Source: the human T2T-CHM13v2.0 reference genome, Homo sapiens. Taken from it: a stretch of DNA of 64,000 nucleotides. The stretch's first letter is position 1, and each line of letters begins with the position of its first letter. A program made the translations under genes and the position numbers. Shown in pieces: positions 32,690 to 49,119 of this stretch. The notes below the pieces were generated by a model, which was given only the letters and a program-made list of their open reading frames with translations, was not told where the DNA came from and made no database searches. The DNA lies in the NCBI RefSeq assembly GCF_009914755.1, contig NC_060935.1; one strand, given 5' to 3'.

Positions 32690-33074
32690 TGCAATGGTTT
32701 AAATCTCCCCTCCAAAACTCATGTTGCAATTTAATTGCCATTGTAATGGTATTTAAAAGTGGAGTCTTTAAAAGATGATTAGATCATAAGGCCTCTGCCC
32801 TCATGAATGGAGTAATGCCATTATTTTGGGAGTGGGTTAGTTATCACAGGAGTGGGCTTCTGATAGAAGGATAAATTTTGGTCCTTGTCCTCTCTCCGCC
32901 TCATGTGCTCATTTGCCCTTCAGCCATGTTATGATGCATCAGGGCCCTCAGCAGATACTGGCACCATGCTCTTGGACTTCCCAGCCTCCAGAACTGTGAG
33001 AAATAAATTTATTTTCTTTATGAATTACCCAGTCTCTGGTATTCTGTTATAGCAATGTAAAACAGACTAAGACA
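32690..33074 (+). mobile_element. MST-type MaLR LTR within a split MIR
   Basis: cccctccaaaactcatgttg..gactaagaca. Confidence 0.8.
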
Positions 33075-33247
33075 GGTAGAGATGGAAATTTGCCCAAGGT
33101 CATCAACCCAGCTAGAGGTATAGCCAGGTCCAGAACCAGGACTTCAGATGGCCGGTTCAGGGCTCCTTGCAGAAGGAGGAGCATGTGGTAAAAAAAAATC
33201 AGGGTGACTAAGATTAAAACACTGTCTTCACTTCCTTAGCTTGAAAT

Positions 33248-34160
33248 GACACAGGATCCTTCGGGTGCCACTTCACCAGCCAGAGACTTCCGCAGCCAGC
33301 AGCACCTCTGCTAGAGTTTTGCTCATGACTGCTGAGCTGGCTCCTCCCACTTGGCCCAGCAGGCTGCGCTCAGCTCATGCTACCAGCCCGGATCTCACAC
33401 CCACCATGGGCAAGTTAGGCATGGAGCAGAAAGGGGTGTGTGAGCAAGTGAGTGAGAGTGGGGTCTGGCCATGGTACACCTGTGCTGGCTGCTGTGGTGG
33501 GGCAGGCAGCTCCAGGGGCCAGCACAGGCACAAGCTCTGTGCAAGGCTATGGCTGGACAAGGCATGCCTTAAGTGGCTTCCACCTTGAGCACTGGCATTT
33601 GGACAAGGGGAACACATGGTGCCTGAACACTTAGAGATGCCAGCAACTGCAGAGCCCCAAATGGGTGTTACAGCATGTCACAGCTCTGGCTCAGGGAGTA
33701 CCAAGATCTGGGCTCCCATAAGGGTCACAGCTCTTCTCTCATAGTCCGGCAAACGAGAGCATGTCACCACCCATAGCTCGGCAATCTGGCCAGAAACGTG
33801 TTTCAGCTTGGTTGTTTTACAGCTTGTTTGGTCCTGCTGCCCTGCTCCAGCCCACAGTTCCTGGGCTGGCCTGGCCCTGCCCTGCTTCCCATCATGCAGA
33901 GCAGCTGCCCAGCGTCAGTAGAAGGCAGGAGGGATACAATGTTACAGCTCCTTTCGCAGCTGCCATTCCACGGGTGCTGGGTTTTTGTCCTGTGTCCAGG
34001 AAGAATGAGGTTACATGGACAACCAGAGAGTGAGCAAGGCAGAGAAGAGTTTTACTGAGCAATAAAACAGCTCTTAGTGGAGAAGGGCCCCAAAGCAGGT
34101 AGCCCCTACACAGAGGTGGGTAGTCCCACGTGGCTGAGTCCAGAGGTTTTATGGGCTTTA
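33248..34160 (-). mobile_element. ERV1 LTR (MER52-like), partial
   Basis: acaggatcctt.gggtg..ggcaggctgcgctc resembles the recalled MER52. Confidence 0.65.
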
Positions 34161-34971
34161 GCCCCATCCCAGACTTACTGAATTAGCACTCTGGGGACAG
34201 GATCCAGCAATCTGTTTTTGAACAAGCCTGCTGGGTGATTCTGATGCACACTCTCAGGTTTGAGAACCACTGCTCCACAGCATCTTCTCAAATGACTGTT
34301 TTTCTCATTTTGAGTACCTTCTAACGTGATGGCATACATTATGATGGTGTTTACAGAGGCAGCCCATGCCATCTGTAGACAATTGTACTGAGAGGCTCTT
34401 CTTAAGAATGAACTATGTCAAAACGGAATGAATTACATCAAGTTTTCATGTGGAAGATTAAAAAAAAAAAAGATGACCCTTCACCTTTAGACTTGCGGAA
34501 TCAGAGTATTAGATAAGACTCTGTCTCAGCCCAACCACTTGCTGACAGTCTCTGGTAGGTTACGTCCCCCATGTTCCCTTTGGTCAACCTTCTCCCCCTT
34601 CTCACCCCAGCAAGGCTAGTATCAGGTACACTTTTTATGTCTCATAAAGTTAAATCAACAACCAGGAGTCAATACAAACTATATAGATACAGAGGGCAAT
34701 AAAGGCAAAAGCAGCAACATTCGACTTCACCCAGGTAAGAGGGTAATAAAATTCCATAAAGGACAACCCAGTGGGCCAATCCACAGACTGCCAGAAGCAT
34801 CAGGCAACTGAGCACTCCCCACCTCCACTACTGAACACTGCCAGCGTGCTGGCCACGGGACTGGTAGTGCTCAATAAATGTCTGTCAAATGAACACAATC
34901 TTATGAAAATGGAAGTAATTAACATTTATTGAGTCTTTAATGTCTGACAACTTATTCTGTTCAATGCCCTT

Positions 34972-35402
34972 TGATAAAAGAAAAACCTCAGCCGAATTAA
35001 ATTTAAAGGAGTTTAACTGAGCAATGAACAATTCACAAATCGGGAAGCCCCCAGAATCACAGCAGATTCTCAGAGACTCCGTGAGTGCCTCGTGTTCAGA
35101 ACAAATTTATACACAAAAAGGAAACACAATGTACTGGAATTGGAAGTGAGGTACAGAAACAGTGAGATTGGTTATAGCTCCGCATTTGCCTTAGTTGAAG
35201 GCAGCTTGAATAGTCAGTGGTCTATGAATGGTTGAAGTATGGCCGCTGGGATTGGCCAATGCTCAGCTATTGTTACTGATGCATACTATTAAGTTAGGTT
35301 TTCGATTTTGTCTGACTATTAAGCTAGGTTACAGTTCATCCACAAGGACTCAAATATAGAAGTACAGAGTCCTTCTCAGGCCATATTTAGTTTGCTTTAA
35401 CA
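34972..35402 (-). mobile_element. MER57-type ERV1 solo LTR
   Basis: Minus strand tgttaaagcaaactaaatatggcctgagaagg; 4-bp TSD cctt. Confidence 0.85.
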
Positions 35403-35604
35403 CCTTTCAGCTGCATGATCTCATTTTGTATTGCAAAAATACAGAGTGGCATTATCTATGCTTTAGGAAAGAGAAATATGAAAAATCTGGGGCTCAGAGA
35501 GGTTAAGTAATTTGCCCAAGTCTGCACTGCTAGTAAATGATAGAGCTGGGTCTTAATTCATGTCTCCTCACTCCAAATCCCATGCTCTTTTGCCACTGCA
35601 AAAT

Positions 35605-37270
35605 GTATCTCTCACAGTTCTGGAGGCTGGGAAGCCCAAGACCAAAGTACCAGCAGATTTGGTGTCTGGTGAGGGGCTGCTTCCTGGTTTGTAGACAGCA
35701 GTGCTCTCACTATGTCCTCACATGGCAGAGGGGCCAAGGGAGCTCTCTGGAGTCTTTTATTATATAAAGCCACTAATCTTATTCATGAGCCCCTCATGAC
35801 GTAATCACCTCCCAAAAAACCCACCTCCAAATATCATTACATTGAGGACTAGGTTTTAACATAGGAATTTTAGGATGACAAAAACGTTCAGTCTATAGCA
35901 CAGAGTACAAAAAGCTTATTGATACAGCTTCAGATTCCACACTGCAAGTAACCTTTCGGGAACTAACACTTGAGTTCGGTGTATCAGGGGTTCTTAAGAA
36001 GCGGGAAGAGGTGAATTTGGTAACGTCTGGATGTATTTTTTGTTGCCACAACTGGAGTTGAGGGAAAGGGTGCTATTGGCATCTAGTGGGTAGAAGCCAA
36101 GGATAATGCTGAACATCCTACAATGCACAGGACAGCCCCTTCATCAAAGAATTGTCTAGCCCAAAGTGGCATTAATGTTGAGGGCTAAGAAAGAAGACTA
36201 CCAGTAATTATCTGAAAAGGCTATTAAAATACTCACTTTTCTAACTACCGATCTGATTTTCTTCATATACTTCAACCAAAACAACATATCAAAACAGACA
36301 ATATATAAGCAGATGTGAAAATCTAGCTCTCTTCCAGTAATCCAAACAGGAAAGAGGTATACATACCTGATATGGTTCAGGTCACACAGCCACAAAATGT
36401 AGTGTCCTAGCAACGGTGAAAACAGCAGAAACAGGAAAGTCATGCTCACCTTTCCCTACCACTTCTTCCCTGAAGCAACTCATAAGACCCTAATTCGAAA
36501 GGTACCCTCCCAACCCTTTGGGAGGCTGAGGCAGGAGGATCACCTGAGGCCAGGAGTTCGAGGCTGCAGTGAGCTATGATTGCATCACTACATTACAGCC
36601 TAGATGACAGAATGGGAGCTCAAAGACAAAAAAAAAAAAAAAAAGTAGAAAAGAAAAGTGCCCTCCCTACACCGAGAGGAAAGGAACATCCTTATCTCTG
36701 AATAAATGTGGTTACAAAATGATATTAAACAAATAGGCCTTGCTAATTTCATCCCAGTTTATTACCATTAAGTCATGGTTTTTTATTTAATCATACTTCA
36801 CAATTATTCACGTCCTCATCAAACCTAGCATAAAAAGTACACAAGTTTATCTGTTTCTTCAGGTCTTTATTTCCTTATGAAGACCATCACATCAAGCAAA
36901 ACTTATATTAAATAAATGTGTATGCTTTTCTCTTGTTAATCTGTCTTTTGTCAAAAGGCCCTTGGCCATAAATGTAGTGATGGTTGAAGAAAAGGTATTT
37001 CTCCTCTCCTATGAACCTATAAAACAATACCACTCTTCCCACTAATTTTTTTTCATTTTGGAAAATAGAATTATTTTTTATTTAAAAATATTTATGTTAA
37101 TATGTAATAAATATTTTATTTTAAAATAGATTAGTAAATCATTTTTAAGTATCTCCATTTTAATTTCTAATATGGTATAAATATCAACAAATTTAACCCA
37201 CATAAACAAGTGTTCTTCGAGAGTACTTAATAACTTTTAAAAATGCAAAGGACTCCTGAGACCAAAGAGT
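35605..37270. mobile_element. Nested repeat pile: MLT1, Charlie/MER20 pieces, MER34-like LTR (about 36370-37012) and an Alu fragment
   Basis: Recognisable motifs of each family; boundaries approximate. Confidence 0.6.
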
Positions 37271-37631
37271 GTGGGTCCTGAGACCAGAGTTTATGCTGTT
37301 ATTCTCCTCCTCAAAGCCCTGCAAGGGTTCCTAGCATCCACAGTATAAATTCCTGACCATGGCATTCAAGACCCTGTTCAGCTGCCCTTCAATCCCTCTT
37401 CCCACAATGTCCAAATCCCAGTTGTCCAGCCTCTCTGTCAATGGCTCCTACCTTGAACTCACCAAATTCAGGCATCCATTCACTCATTCATCAAATGCCA
37501 AGCACCTGCCTCTGCAGGTAAGAACCACATCCCACCCCTTAGGAGCTCAGAAGCTCATAAGGAAGGATACACACATACTCGGATAACAGTGGGGCAAGGA
37601 TGCAGGAGAGGTTCCGACAAAACGCTATGGG

Positions 37632-37924
<293 letters not shown>

Positions 37925-38444
37925 GGTATGAGAGTTTGGAGTAGGATGCTGTCAAGGGACAAAGCACTTATTTTTTTCAAGTGGCGGCAGGTTTCCTTAG
38001 GAAATAACTGTTTTTGGCTCTTTTGGGGTATGGGAAATGAAGCCCTCCTCCCATCCCAAGAAATGACCAGGTTGGGGAGGGTAAAACAGAGAATTGTTCT
38101 GCACAATATTGCAGGAAGCATCTGGAAATTCTGAGGGCAGCTCTGCAGGGGCCGGAGGACGAGGCTCTAGGATGGGAAGAAAAGGAAAGAGTGGAGAGGA
38201 AGAGGATGGGGCCTAGAAGCATGGAGGAAGGCCAGGGTCCTGGAGAAGAAAGGGCCCAGCTGAAGTTCTCTGTGACAGGAACGAGCAAGGGACTAAGATC
38301 AGAGACATCCAGCACTTGATGTTTAGTTCATTGCTCTGTTTTGGGGCATTGGCATCTTTCCCACCCCCTACACTTTAGTAAAATTCCGCTACACAGAACC
38401 ACTTTGTGTGAGTAAAGCTGTAGGAAAATCAAGGAAGGGAGAGT

Positions 38445-38875
38445 TTTCTAGTGCTGCCATAACAAAGGACTACAAACTGGGTGGCTTGTTAATTCAACGT
38501 ATCGTCTCACAGATCTGGAGACTGGAAGTCTGAGATCAAGGTGTCAGCAGGGTGGGCTCCTTCTGGGGCTGTGAAGGACTCCATTCCAGACCTCCCTGCA
38601 GGCTTCTGGTGGTCCGTGGGCATCTTGGCCACTCCTTGGCCTATAGATGCATCACTCCAGAGTCTGCCTTCATGTTCATGCAGGCTTCTTCCTGTGTGCA
38701 AGTCTGTGCAATATCCCCTTTTTACAAAAACACCAGTCATAGTAAATTAGGGCCCCTTTTAACCTAATTACTTTTGCCATGAAACTATCTCCGAATAAAG
38801 TCACATTCTGAGATACTAGATGAGGGGTTAAGACTTCAGTATATCTTTTTGGAGGGTTCCATTTCAACCCACAGC
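38445..38875 (-). mobile_element. MLT1 MaLR LTR
   Basis: tgccataacaaa..aaactgggtggctt..gaagtctgagatcaaggtgtcagcagg. Confidence 0.75.
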
Positions 38876-39699
38876 AGGAGATGTGTTCCAGGACTGAGTT
38901 CATGTGGGGTGGACAAACAGCCGTAAAAGGGGAGATGTGAGGGAGATCAGGAGTGTATAGGAAATTGAGCAAGGAAATTGACTATGTAAAGCGTAATCTA
39001 CATGAAGAAATCCTCCAACTTATTGGGAATGGAGCTACTATATATAGGATGGCGGCTTTAGCCAGTTCATGTAAACTAAAGGAAAGGGTGATTCTATAAG
39101 GCTGGAAAAATTGGAGACACACACACACACAAACATCACAGGCAGCTCACATTTGGGGCATGTGGGTTCCAAAGAGATTTAGTTTGACTGTAAAGTTCAG
39201 GGAAGGCTTTGTGGAGGAAGAGGCTTCAGGATGAGCGTTGGAGGATGGGGTGAATCTGGACATGCTCCCACACCTCTGGTTCACACTCTTCTGGAATACA
39301 CTGTGCCTTCAGTGCAGCTTTGATCCAGTCTTTCTTTCAATGTCCAACTTGAGTTAGATGTCCAATTCCATGTCCAGCCACTCGACAAACCTCCTAGGAC
39401 CAGCCCATCCCTTTGACACATCTCCCAGCCACATCATCCCTGATGGTCTGACTGAATATTTGTTTGTTCCTATCCATACTTGCACTAGAGTTATCCCAAC
39501 AGTGGTTATATTCTGTCTCGTCAACTCCTTGCAAATTCTAGAGCACCTCGTATCCTAGCATACCACCTAGCACACACCAGACACTCAATAAATGCTCACT
39601 AATTGCTTATAAGGGAAATCTATTGGCTCAGAAAATCTTGACCCACTTCTGGATTTCTCACTTTCTCAAAGAGAAACTTTGGAAGGAGATCCCATGGAA

Positions 39700-39957
39700 T
39701 CCTACTTTAGCCAAGGCCATAAATACTCTGAGGGGCAAATAAACAGCGTGGATGCCAGAGAATAGACGTATTGACTCCAAATGAAACTGCAAAGAGGACT
39801 TTGGAGCTTGAAAGGGAAACCTAATTTGAGTTTATTTTCTAGATGATTAACATTAAATAGTGCCAATCCATCAGCTAGCACCAGAATTTCTAGATCAGGC
39901 TGCAGAAACCCACAGAGCCTGAAGAAAGAGCATCCAAAGACTTCCCAGGAGCACAAG
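39700..39957 (+). promoter_or_regulatory. Candidate MS4A18 upstream promoter and non-coding first exon
   Basis: Unique sequence with clustered CDX/FOX/HNF4/HNF1-like motifs and a strong donor AAG|GTAAGA at 39957/39958; the first MS4A18 coding exon has an acceptor just before its ATG. Confidence 0.45.
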
Positions 39958-40281
39958 GTAAGACTTCTGTGAATTCTTCCGCAAGACTCTGACAGAGCCT
40001 GGATAGCACCAGCAGAGACGTGGACCTAGGCGGTCCCTCGGAAGTGTCTCTTGAGAACCACAAGGAATCAGGGGTTCAGACATAGGGTAGTGCCCTCCAG
40101 CAAGACAGGCGTGCAGCCACCCATCCTTGGAGGTGCTGGGAGGCTGGGAAGTAACTGAAGAGTCACAACAGGTTCTCAAATTGAGCTCCTGTCTCTGCAT
40201 GGACACAGCAATCTTAAGATAGAAGGCTGGAGACTCTGCTAGGCATTTTCTGGCTGCCTTGCTCCCTAAGCCCAGCTGTAG

Positions 40282-40636
<355 letters not shown>

Positions 40637-41879
40637 AGAACCATTCTCTTTGTTCCTGACATTTTCCTGACGGGAGGTAGAATCTCAGGGGTCCCAGGAA
40701 CATCCCTCATAGGGCCCAACTGTTTGTGCCAATTGTCAGGTCTACGGCTGTATTGTTTTTCACACATTAAAGAAGGAGTCCTCTGAAAAAAAGGAAGAGA
40801 GAAATGATTAATTTTTTAATATCATGAAGCAGAGTATAACATTTAGCACAGTATTCATTATGAAAATTGAAGGCAGGCAGACTATCAATTCTTGTATTTC
40901 AAATCTCAACTTCAGCATTTCCTAGCTGTGTGACTATGGTCAAGGCACTTAACCTCTCTGAGCCTCAGAGAGTTTGCCCGAGAAATGGTCATAACAATAA
41001 TATATTGCTGGGGGAACTGCCTTATATCTACAGGGTTATGAGGCATCAACATCCAAGGATGCTGTAGTTGTTATTCTAAACCACTCTCCTGGGAAATCTG
41101 TTATTCTTCAAGAAAGCAAGGAATGTCAAGGTCTAATGCAGAAGTGGCTCACACTGCCTGCACAGCCTCCATTCATGCAGCTGAATGTTCCACCATCCAT
41201 ATGTCACTGGTAGAACATTTCTTCTGGGAAATGAAAACATAGTGAAATGCAAATAGCAGTCAGAAAAAAATAAATTTGAGTCTCAGATCTATTCCTGTGG
41301 GTTGCATAATTGTAGACAAGTTATTCCACTTTCAGAGCCTTGGTCTCCCTACTTTGCAAAGAGGCGGGTCGGATCAAAATGAGTGAGAAGACAGGGGTGA
41401 ATGCCTTAGCCATCAGGTGTCAGACCAGTGACAGTTGTTTTTCCTATGGAAGAGTAGCATGGAAAGGGGCCTCAGAGACCAGCTAGATTTTAAAATAAGG
41501 AAAAAGCTGGGAATTTTCTGAAGCTTTATATAACCAATATTTTGAACTGTTGGGATCCAAGGAAAAAGAAGTGAAACCACAAAGGAGAAGTGTAGGGCAT
41601 TTCTGCATGGAAGTGGTTCTCAAACTTCAGCAGCATGAGATTCACCTGGAGGGTGTGTTGAAACACAGATGGCTGATCCTTGCCCCTGGACTTTCTAGTA
41701 GCTCTGGGGAGGGGACCAAGAATTTGACTTTCCGACAAGTTCCCGGTGATACTGATACTGCTAGTCCAGAGACCGTACTTTGAGATCCTCTGCTATTAAT
41801 ACTAAATCTAATAGTTTGGGGTCAATTAGGAAAAATATTCACAACAATGGCCCCTCTCTTTTTTAAGATTGGGGTAACA

Positions 41880-42362
41880 CTTTTATTTTATTTTATTTTA
41901 TTTTATTTTATTTTATTTTATTTTATTTTATTTTATTTTATTTTTACTCTAAGTTCTGGGATACATGTGCAGAACGTGCAGGCTTGTTACATAGGTATAC
42001 ATGTGCTATGGTGGTTTGCTGCATCTATCAACCCGTCATCTAGGTTTTAAGCCCCACATGCATTAGGTATTTGTCCTAATGCTCTCCCTCCCCTTGCCCC
42101 CCAACCCTCCGACAGGCCCCAGTGTGTAATGTTCCCCTCCCTGTGTCCATGTGTTCTCATTGTTTAACTCCCACTTATGTTTGGTTTTCTGTTCCTGTGT
42201 TAGTTTGCTGAGAATGATGGTTTCCAGCTTCATCCACGTCCCTGCAAAGGACATGAACTCATTCTTTTTTATGGCTGCATAGTATTCCATGGTGTATATG
42301 TGCCATGTTTTCTTTATCCAGTCTATTGTTGAGGGGCATTTGGGTTGGTTCCAAGACTTTGC
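41880..42362 (-). mobile_element. L1PA 3' end with (TTTTA)n tail
   Basis: ORF 42063-42290 is the L1 ORF2 C-terminus; TSD-like aacaatggccc.tctctt on both sides. Confidence 0.9.
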
Positions 42363-43550
42363 TAAACAATGGCCCTTCTCTTATGGGTGGTCTCTACCTT
42401 TCAACAAAGAACAAATGTTAACTGTTCCCTCTGTGCCAGGTTCTATGCTGGCAGTTTTCTCAATCTTCAAAACACCCTTTGGAGAAGGTGCCACTATTAT
42501 GCACCTTTTATAGATAAGAAACTGACAGCGTATGCAACTTGCTCAAGGTCGTACAACTAATAAATGAAGGAACTGAGAAGTGGACTTAGGGCTGTCTGAG
42601 CTCTTAACCCTGATACTGTCTTGCTTTCGAGTTTACTTTATAGACGATTAATATTAAATAATGCCAATTCATCAGCTAGCACCAAACTCAAAATGTCCAT
42701 TGACAATTTGGAGTGTTTCTCTCACTCAGGATGCAGCTGGGACAGGGGGATCAATTTATACTTGTGATTTAGTGAGGACAGAAAGCCTCCTGAGAACATA
42801 CCTCTGGGGTCCTGCACACGTTATTTTGTGCCATAGGATTTGGTGTCTTGCCAGTAAGGACTGTATAATCTAAGTAAAGGGATAAGCCCACCAGCCACAA
42901 CAATTAACAAGTAAAGTACACTAGTAACATTATCTCTCATCTGAATGGGATATCTTCGCATCTAATAATATCTTTAATGTTCTGAGGGCTACATGCCTAC
43001 CTCCTCCCATTGCACACTTGCTCCCCAGCATCAAAAAATTAAGCAATTCTCTAAGTCCAGCTTATCAGTCCTCATCAAATCGGGACAATATCCCAGGTCT
43101 CCCCCCAAGTGATTCCCTTCTCAACTTTTTCTAATGCTCAAGATTCAGTAGAAACTGCAGGCTATTAAGGGTTTGATCACTGTCATAATCTCTAGGACCC
43201 TGGACCATAATGGTTTAAACACAAGGAAAATGCAACAAAATTTCTACATGGTCGCAATCCCAACACCAACATGGACAAGACCCATGAAGAGATTGAAAGG
43301 GATGATCATTCCCAGGCCACTTGGCCCATGGTTCCTCCTGGATGTCAAGGGCACCCAAGAAGCCTGGGAAAGACAGTCTGTTTTTTTGCTCTGAAACCAA
43401 TTAATGTTGAAAAATCATACACAAAATGCCTTAATTAAATTAAACCCATAAATGAGTTAACTAGTTATAGACTTCAAGGACAGAAGTACAGCTGGGGCAA
43501 ATGAGAACCTAGAACCGAGAGTCAAAAGGACATCAAAGACCAAGGTAGTA

Positions 43551-43925
43551 TCTGTGTGTATGTGTGTATGTATGTGTGTGTGTGTGTGTGTGTGTGTATC
43601 TGTGTGTGTGTCTGTGTGTCTGTGTCTATGTCTGTGTTATCTGTCTTCCTCCCTCCTTCCCTCTCTCTGTGTGTGTGTATGTGTGTGTGTGTGTCTGTGT
43701 ATCTGTCTTCCTCCCTCCTTCCCTCTCTCTGTGTGTGTGAGTGTGTGTCTGTCTGTCTGTGTCTGTGTCTTCCTCCCTCCTTCCCTCTTTCTCTGCGTGT
43801 GTGTCTGTCTGTCTGTGTCTATGTGTCTTCTTTCTCCTTCCCTCTCGCTCTCTCTTTCTCTCCTTCCCCCTTTTCCTTTCCCTCTCTCTCTCCTTCTCTC
43901 CTCTTCTTTTATCTCTCCCTCCCCC
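43551..43925. repeat. (TG)n/(TC)n compound simple repeat
   Basis: Directly visible; includes three degenerate copies of tgtcttcctccctccttccctct. Confidence 0.95.
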
Positions 43926-44280
43926 AATGCTTCTCAGCTTTATTCTCTTCACTCTACTAACTGGTGTTCTCTGCTCCCCCTGCACACAACATACATGTGA
44001 CCCCTCCAACTCTGCCTAGCCTCCCATCCCACAGTAGTCCTTGGGTCCAGTTCCAAATTCCCAGGAGAAAGAAGTTACCAGAGCATTTGGGGTCAGTTGT
44101 TCACCCCCAGATCAATCAGCTTTGCCAGGGCAGGGGGCAAGATGGGGAGGTAGCCTGTGCCCACTCAACAAACTCAAGGCATGCAGATTAAAATGCCAAC
44201 TGCAGGGGGCTAAGTAAAGCCACCATCCAGACTGTGAACAAAAGGTCTACAAGAAGCTAAGTAGCCTCGGGAAACCCTAG

Positions 44281-45018
<738 letters not shown>

Positions 45019-45978
45019 TGAGGAAGGGAATGTGTTGAGAGGGTAAAGGGGAGGTGGAGTGGGTGTGGGGGGCAGTTTCTGGAGGCTGGACCCAGTACAA
45101 TCACCCAGATGCTGGCCCCTCTCCCTTGTCTTCCTTCCACTCCCCAAGGAGACCCATGGTTTGGGGGATAAAGGTTTGAATAATCAGTGAACATCCCCAC
45201 CTTACCCAGCTATCTATCAGGGGCATGGGTCAGCAATAGTTCCACTAAAAAGACCACTGAGCAGGGAGTCAGGCAATCCAGGTCTCAGGCCAGCTAGATT
45301 TGCTGAGTGGCCTTGCAGACATCTCTTCCTCGCTCTGGGCCTCCATTTCCTCATCTTTAGAATAAGAAGATTCAGCTTTCTTAAATTCCTTCCAGCTCCA
45401 AGGTTTTGTGATTTCCTTTTCAATCAAGGGGGCCTCTGCCTCTTTCCTGCCTCCTCCAGTTTCATTTAGCACCTTCCAAAGCTCAATTCAATTCTGTTTT
45501 TGAGGCAGAAGCCAGATGCCTGGCTGGATCTGGATGCCTGGCCAACTCTTAGTATGGAGACTGGCGTGTCACAGATGCCCATACTCTATGCACTCATCCA
45601 TTCAACACTGCACGTGCCCTGCAAGGAGCTGGAGACTCAGAGATAACCAAAACATCATCCATGAAGATGAAGGAGGGTCTTTGTTCATGGCAGCTGTCAT
45701 AATTACAATACCTTCTGGCAATTGCCATGAGACATGCATAAGTTATTGTGGCTGCCCAAAGTGCAAATTGTCTGGCTTCTTTGAGAAGTTACAAACTGCC
45801 TCCTGGAGGCAGGAAGACAAGGACAGGTGCAGGAAGGGGACCCATTCCTCCTTATTTAATCCTGGGTAGACAAGTAGATTGTGCCAGGAACAAGGCGTTG
45901 TTTGCCTCCCAAACAAATCAAAATCAAATCCTGAACTAAATTCTATAAAACAGCAATCAGGAATAGAAATCCTGGTCA

Positions 45979-46278
<300 letters not shown>

Positions 46279-46618
46279 AGGGAAATCCTGGTCACAAGCA
46301 TCAAGTGAGATTATAAATGTGTGCGGAAATCCTCCAAAAGGTAAAGCTGGTCTATGATATTGCGTAGTAATTATCATCTTGTATTACAATGACTATCATT
46401 ATTATTAATTAATACTGGGTAAAGGTTTGTTAACTTTGGCTAGCAATTATTCTAAGATATTTTGGAAGGATTTCAAAATTTGTCAAAACAGAATTAAGTC
46501 AGAGCAAATATCTGGGGAACCTGGCCAAACAAAATGAAAAGCCAAAAAGCCAAAACTGCAGACTATCTTTAATCAATTACAATTTTGTTTGGGGAAGGAA
46601 ACTATGAGTGCCTCTTAG

Positions 46619-47109
46619 CCCTTTTCCCGATTGCCCCAAGAATATTCGCCAGCAGCACTTGCAGCTGCAGTATTTAGCCCGAGATAACTTTGCCAATGTC
46701 TCCCTTTTATTATAACTTTCGCCTTGCTCTAGCATATTGACCTTGGAAGCAAGAGACATCATTCTATTTATAGCATTCTGTTTTTAGTAGTAGTATTCCC
46801 ATTTACAAAATACAGTAATTCTCGATTACTAAAAATGTCAAATCCTAGAAAACGTAGCATTTCTACGCATGGTGTTAACATTGTTCTCAAACAGTTGTTG
46901 GCCAAAGATTCATTTGATGAATCCAGTGTTTCCGAAGTAAACAATTCTAATGTTAGTTCTGTTTAGAAATCACTCGAAAAACCGTTTTTATCATTTATTT
47001 TCACAATGAAAATCAGCCAGATTTGCTTCAGCCTCAAGAGTGTGTTTATGTAAAATTAAATGAGTGCTGGCAGCGAGCGGCACTATTTTTTTTCTAAATG
47101 GGAACAGGG
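46619..47109 (+). mobile_element. MER75 (non-autonomous piggyBac), full length
   Basis: TIRs cccttttccc / gggaacaggg, flanked by degenerate TTAA (ttag/ttca); body matches the recalled MER75 consensus. Confidence 0.85.
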
Positions 47110-47613
47110 TTCATTAATATACTGATAAAGTGGGCCTGTAGACAGAGTCAAGCATGTCGCCTTAGGAAGGGATGTTCATATGAAACCCAGGTCTGTCACC
47201 AACTCATAGACTCATGGACCAGGAAGACAGAAAGCAGCTGCCCTAGGCTAGTCATTTGATCCCTGAGGAAACTGAGGCCCAGAGAAGCCAGTGGTAAATG
47301 CTGTAGGAGCCCCAAATGAGAGGGGATTCATCCTGGACGGGGGCTCAGGAAAAGAATCTCTCTGGTCCTTAAGGGAAGGATAGGATTTCAGGAGGAGGAG
47401 AGTAAAGCAAGCAGATTTCAGACAGTGGCAACAGTGGAGGAAAAGCAGGGAGTAAGGGGAAAAACACAGGACTTGCAGGGGACAGAGGATCTCCCCTTGT
47501 GTACGTTGCCAAGGGGAACTGTGGGGACGTCATAGAGGAGGCCACAAAGAGAATATCGGTACTGGGAAGATGAATGGAGTCAGCAGAGGGCATTGAAATA
47601 CTTACTGCATTCA

Positions 47614-47967
<354 letters not shown>

Positions 47968-48026
47968 CTACCACAGCCCTGCAAGCTGGATACTGTTACC
48001 CCCATCTTGCAAATATGTAGCCTCTC

Positions 48027-48259
48027 AAACATGCTCTTGAGGCTGAAGCAAATCTGGCTGATTTTCAGAGTGAAAATAAAATATAAAGACCTTTCTTCGA
48101 GTTATTTCTAAACAGAACTAACATCGAATGGTCTGAATCATCAGAATCATCTATTTTGGAAAAATCAGATTCATCACATGAATTTCGGCCGACAACTATC
48201 TGAGAACGATGTTAACATCACGTGTAGGAATGCTACGTTTTCTAGGATTTGACATTTTT
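48027..48259 (-). mobile_element. MER75 internal fragment without TIRs, inverted
   Basis: Reverse complement of 46831-47047. Confidence 0.85.
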
Positions 48260-48514
48260 GGTTTCCCTGCAAATAAGGAAACCCTGAGGCAGAGAGGATA
48301 TTTGCTGGAGACCACACAGCCGGCCAGTGCTGCAGCCAGGACAGGAGCCAGGTGGTTTTCAGCCACAACCCGGGCTCGGCCCGTGTCTCTGCACACTTGT
48401 GGGCTCAGTCTAAAGGGAACACATTTCTTGCTCTGTTATAGGCTGTCTTACCTTTCCTTTATGCCTGTGATTCTCAGCCTGAGTGCAAATTCGCATCACC
48501 TGTGAAGTTTTTAA

Positions 48515-48910
<396 letters not shown>

Positions 48911-49119
48911 TAGACTAGAGCCAGCCTCCAACTTGCAGATACAGCAAAGGGTTATATCAACTCCCTGCCCCAGCAACACTCCCTCCCACCACCACCCTCC
49001 CCATCTCCCATACCCCCCACCCAGCCTCTAGGGAACTATTGGGTACAAACACTCATTATCATGTTCTTTACCTCTTCCACCCTCTCTGGGTTCTCTTTTA
49101 TGAGATATTTATCTGATAA

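Noticed and set aside
43554-44019. Overlapping Cys/Val- and Arg/Glu-rich ORFs
   Set aside because: TG/TC simple repeat
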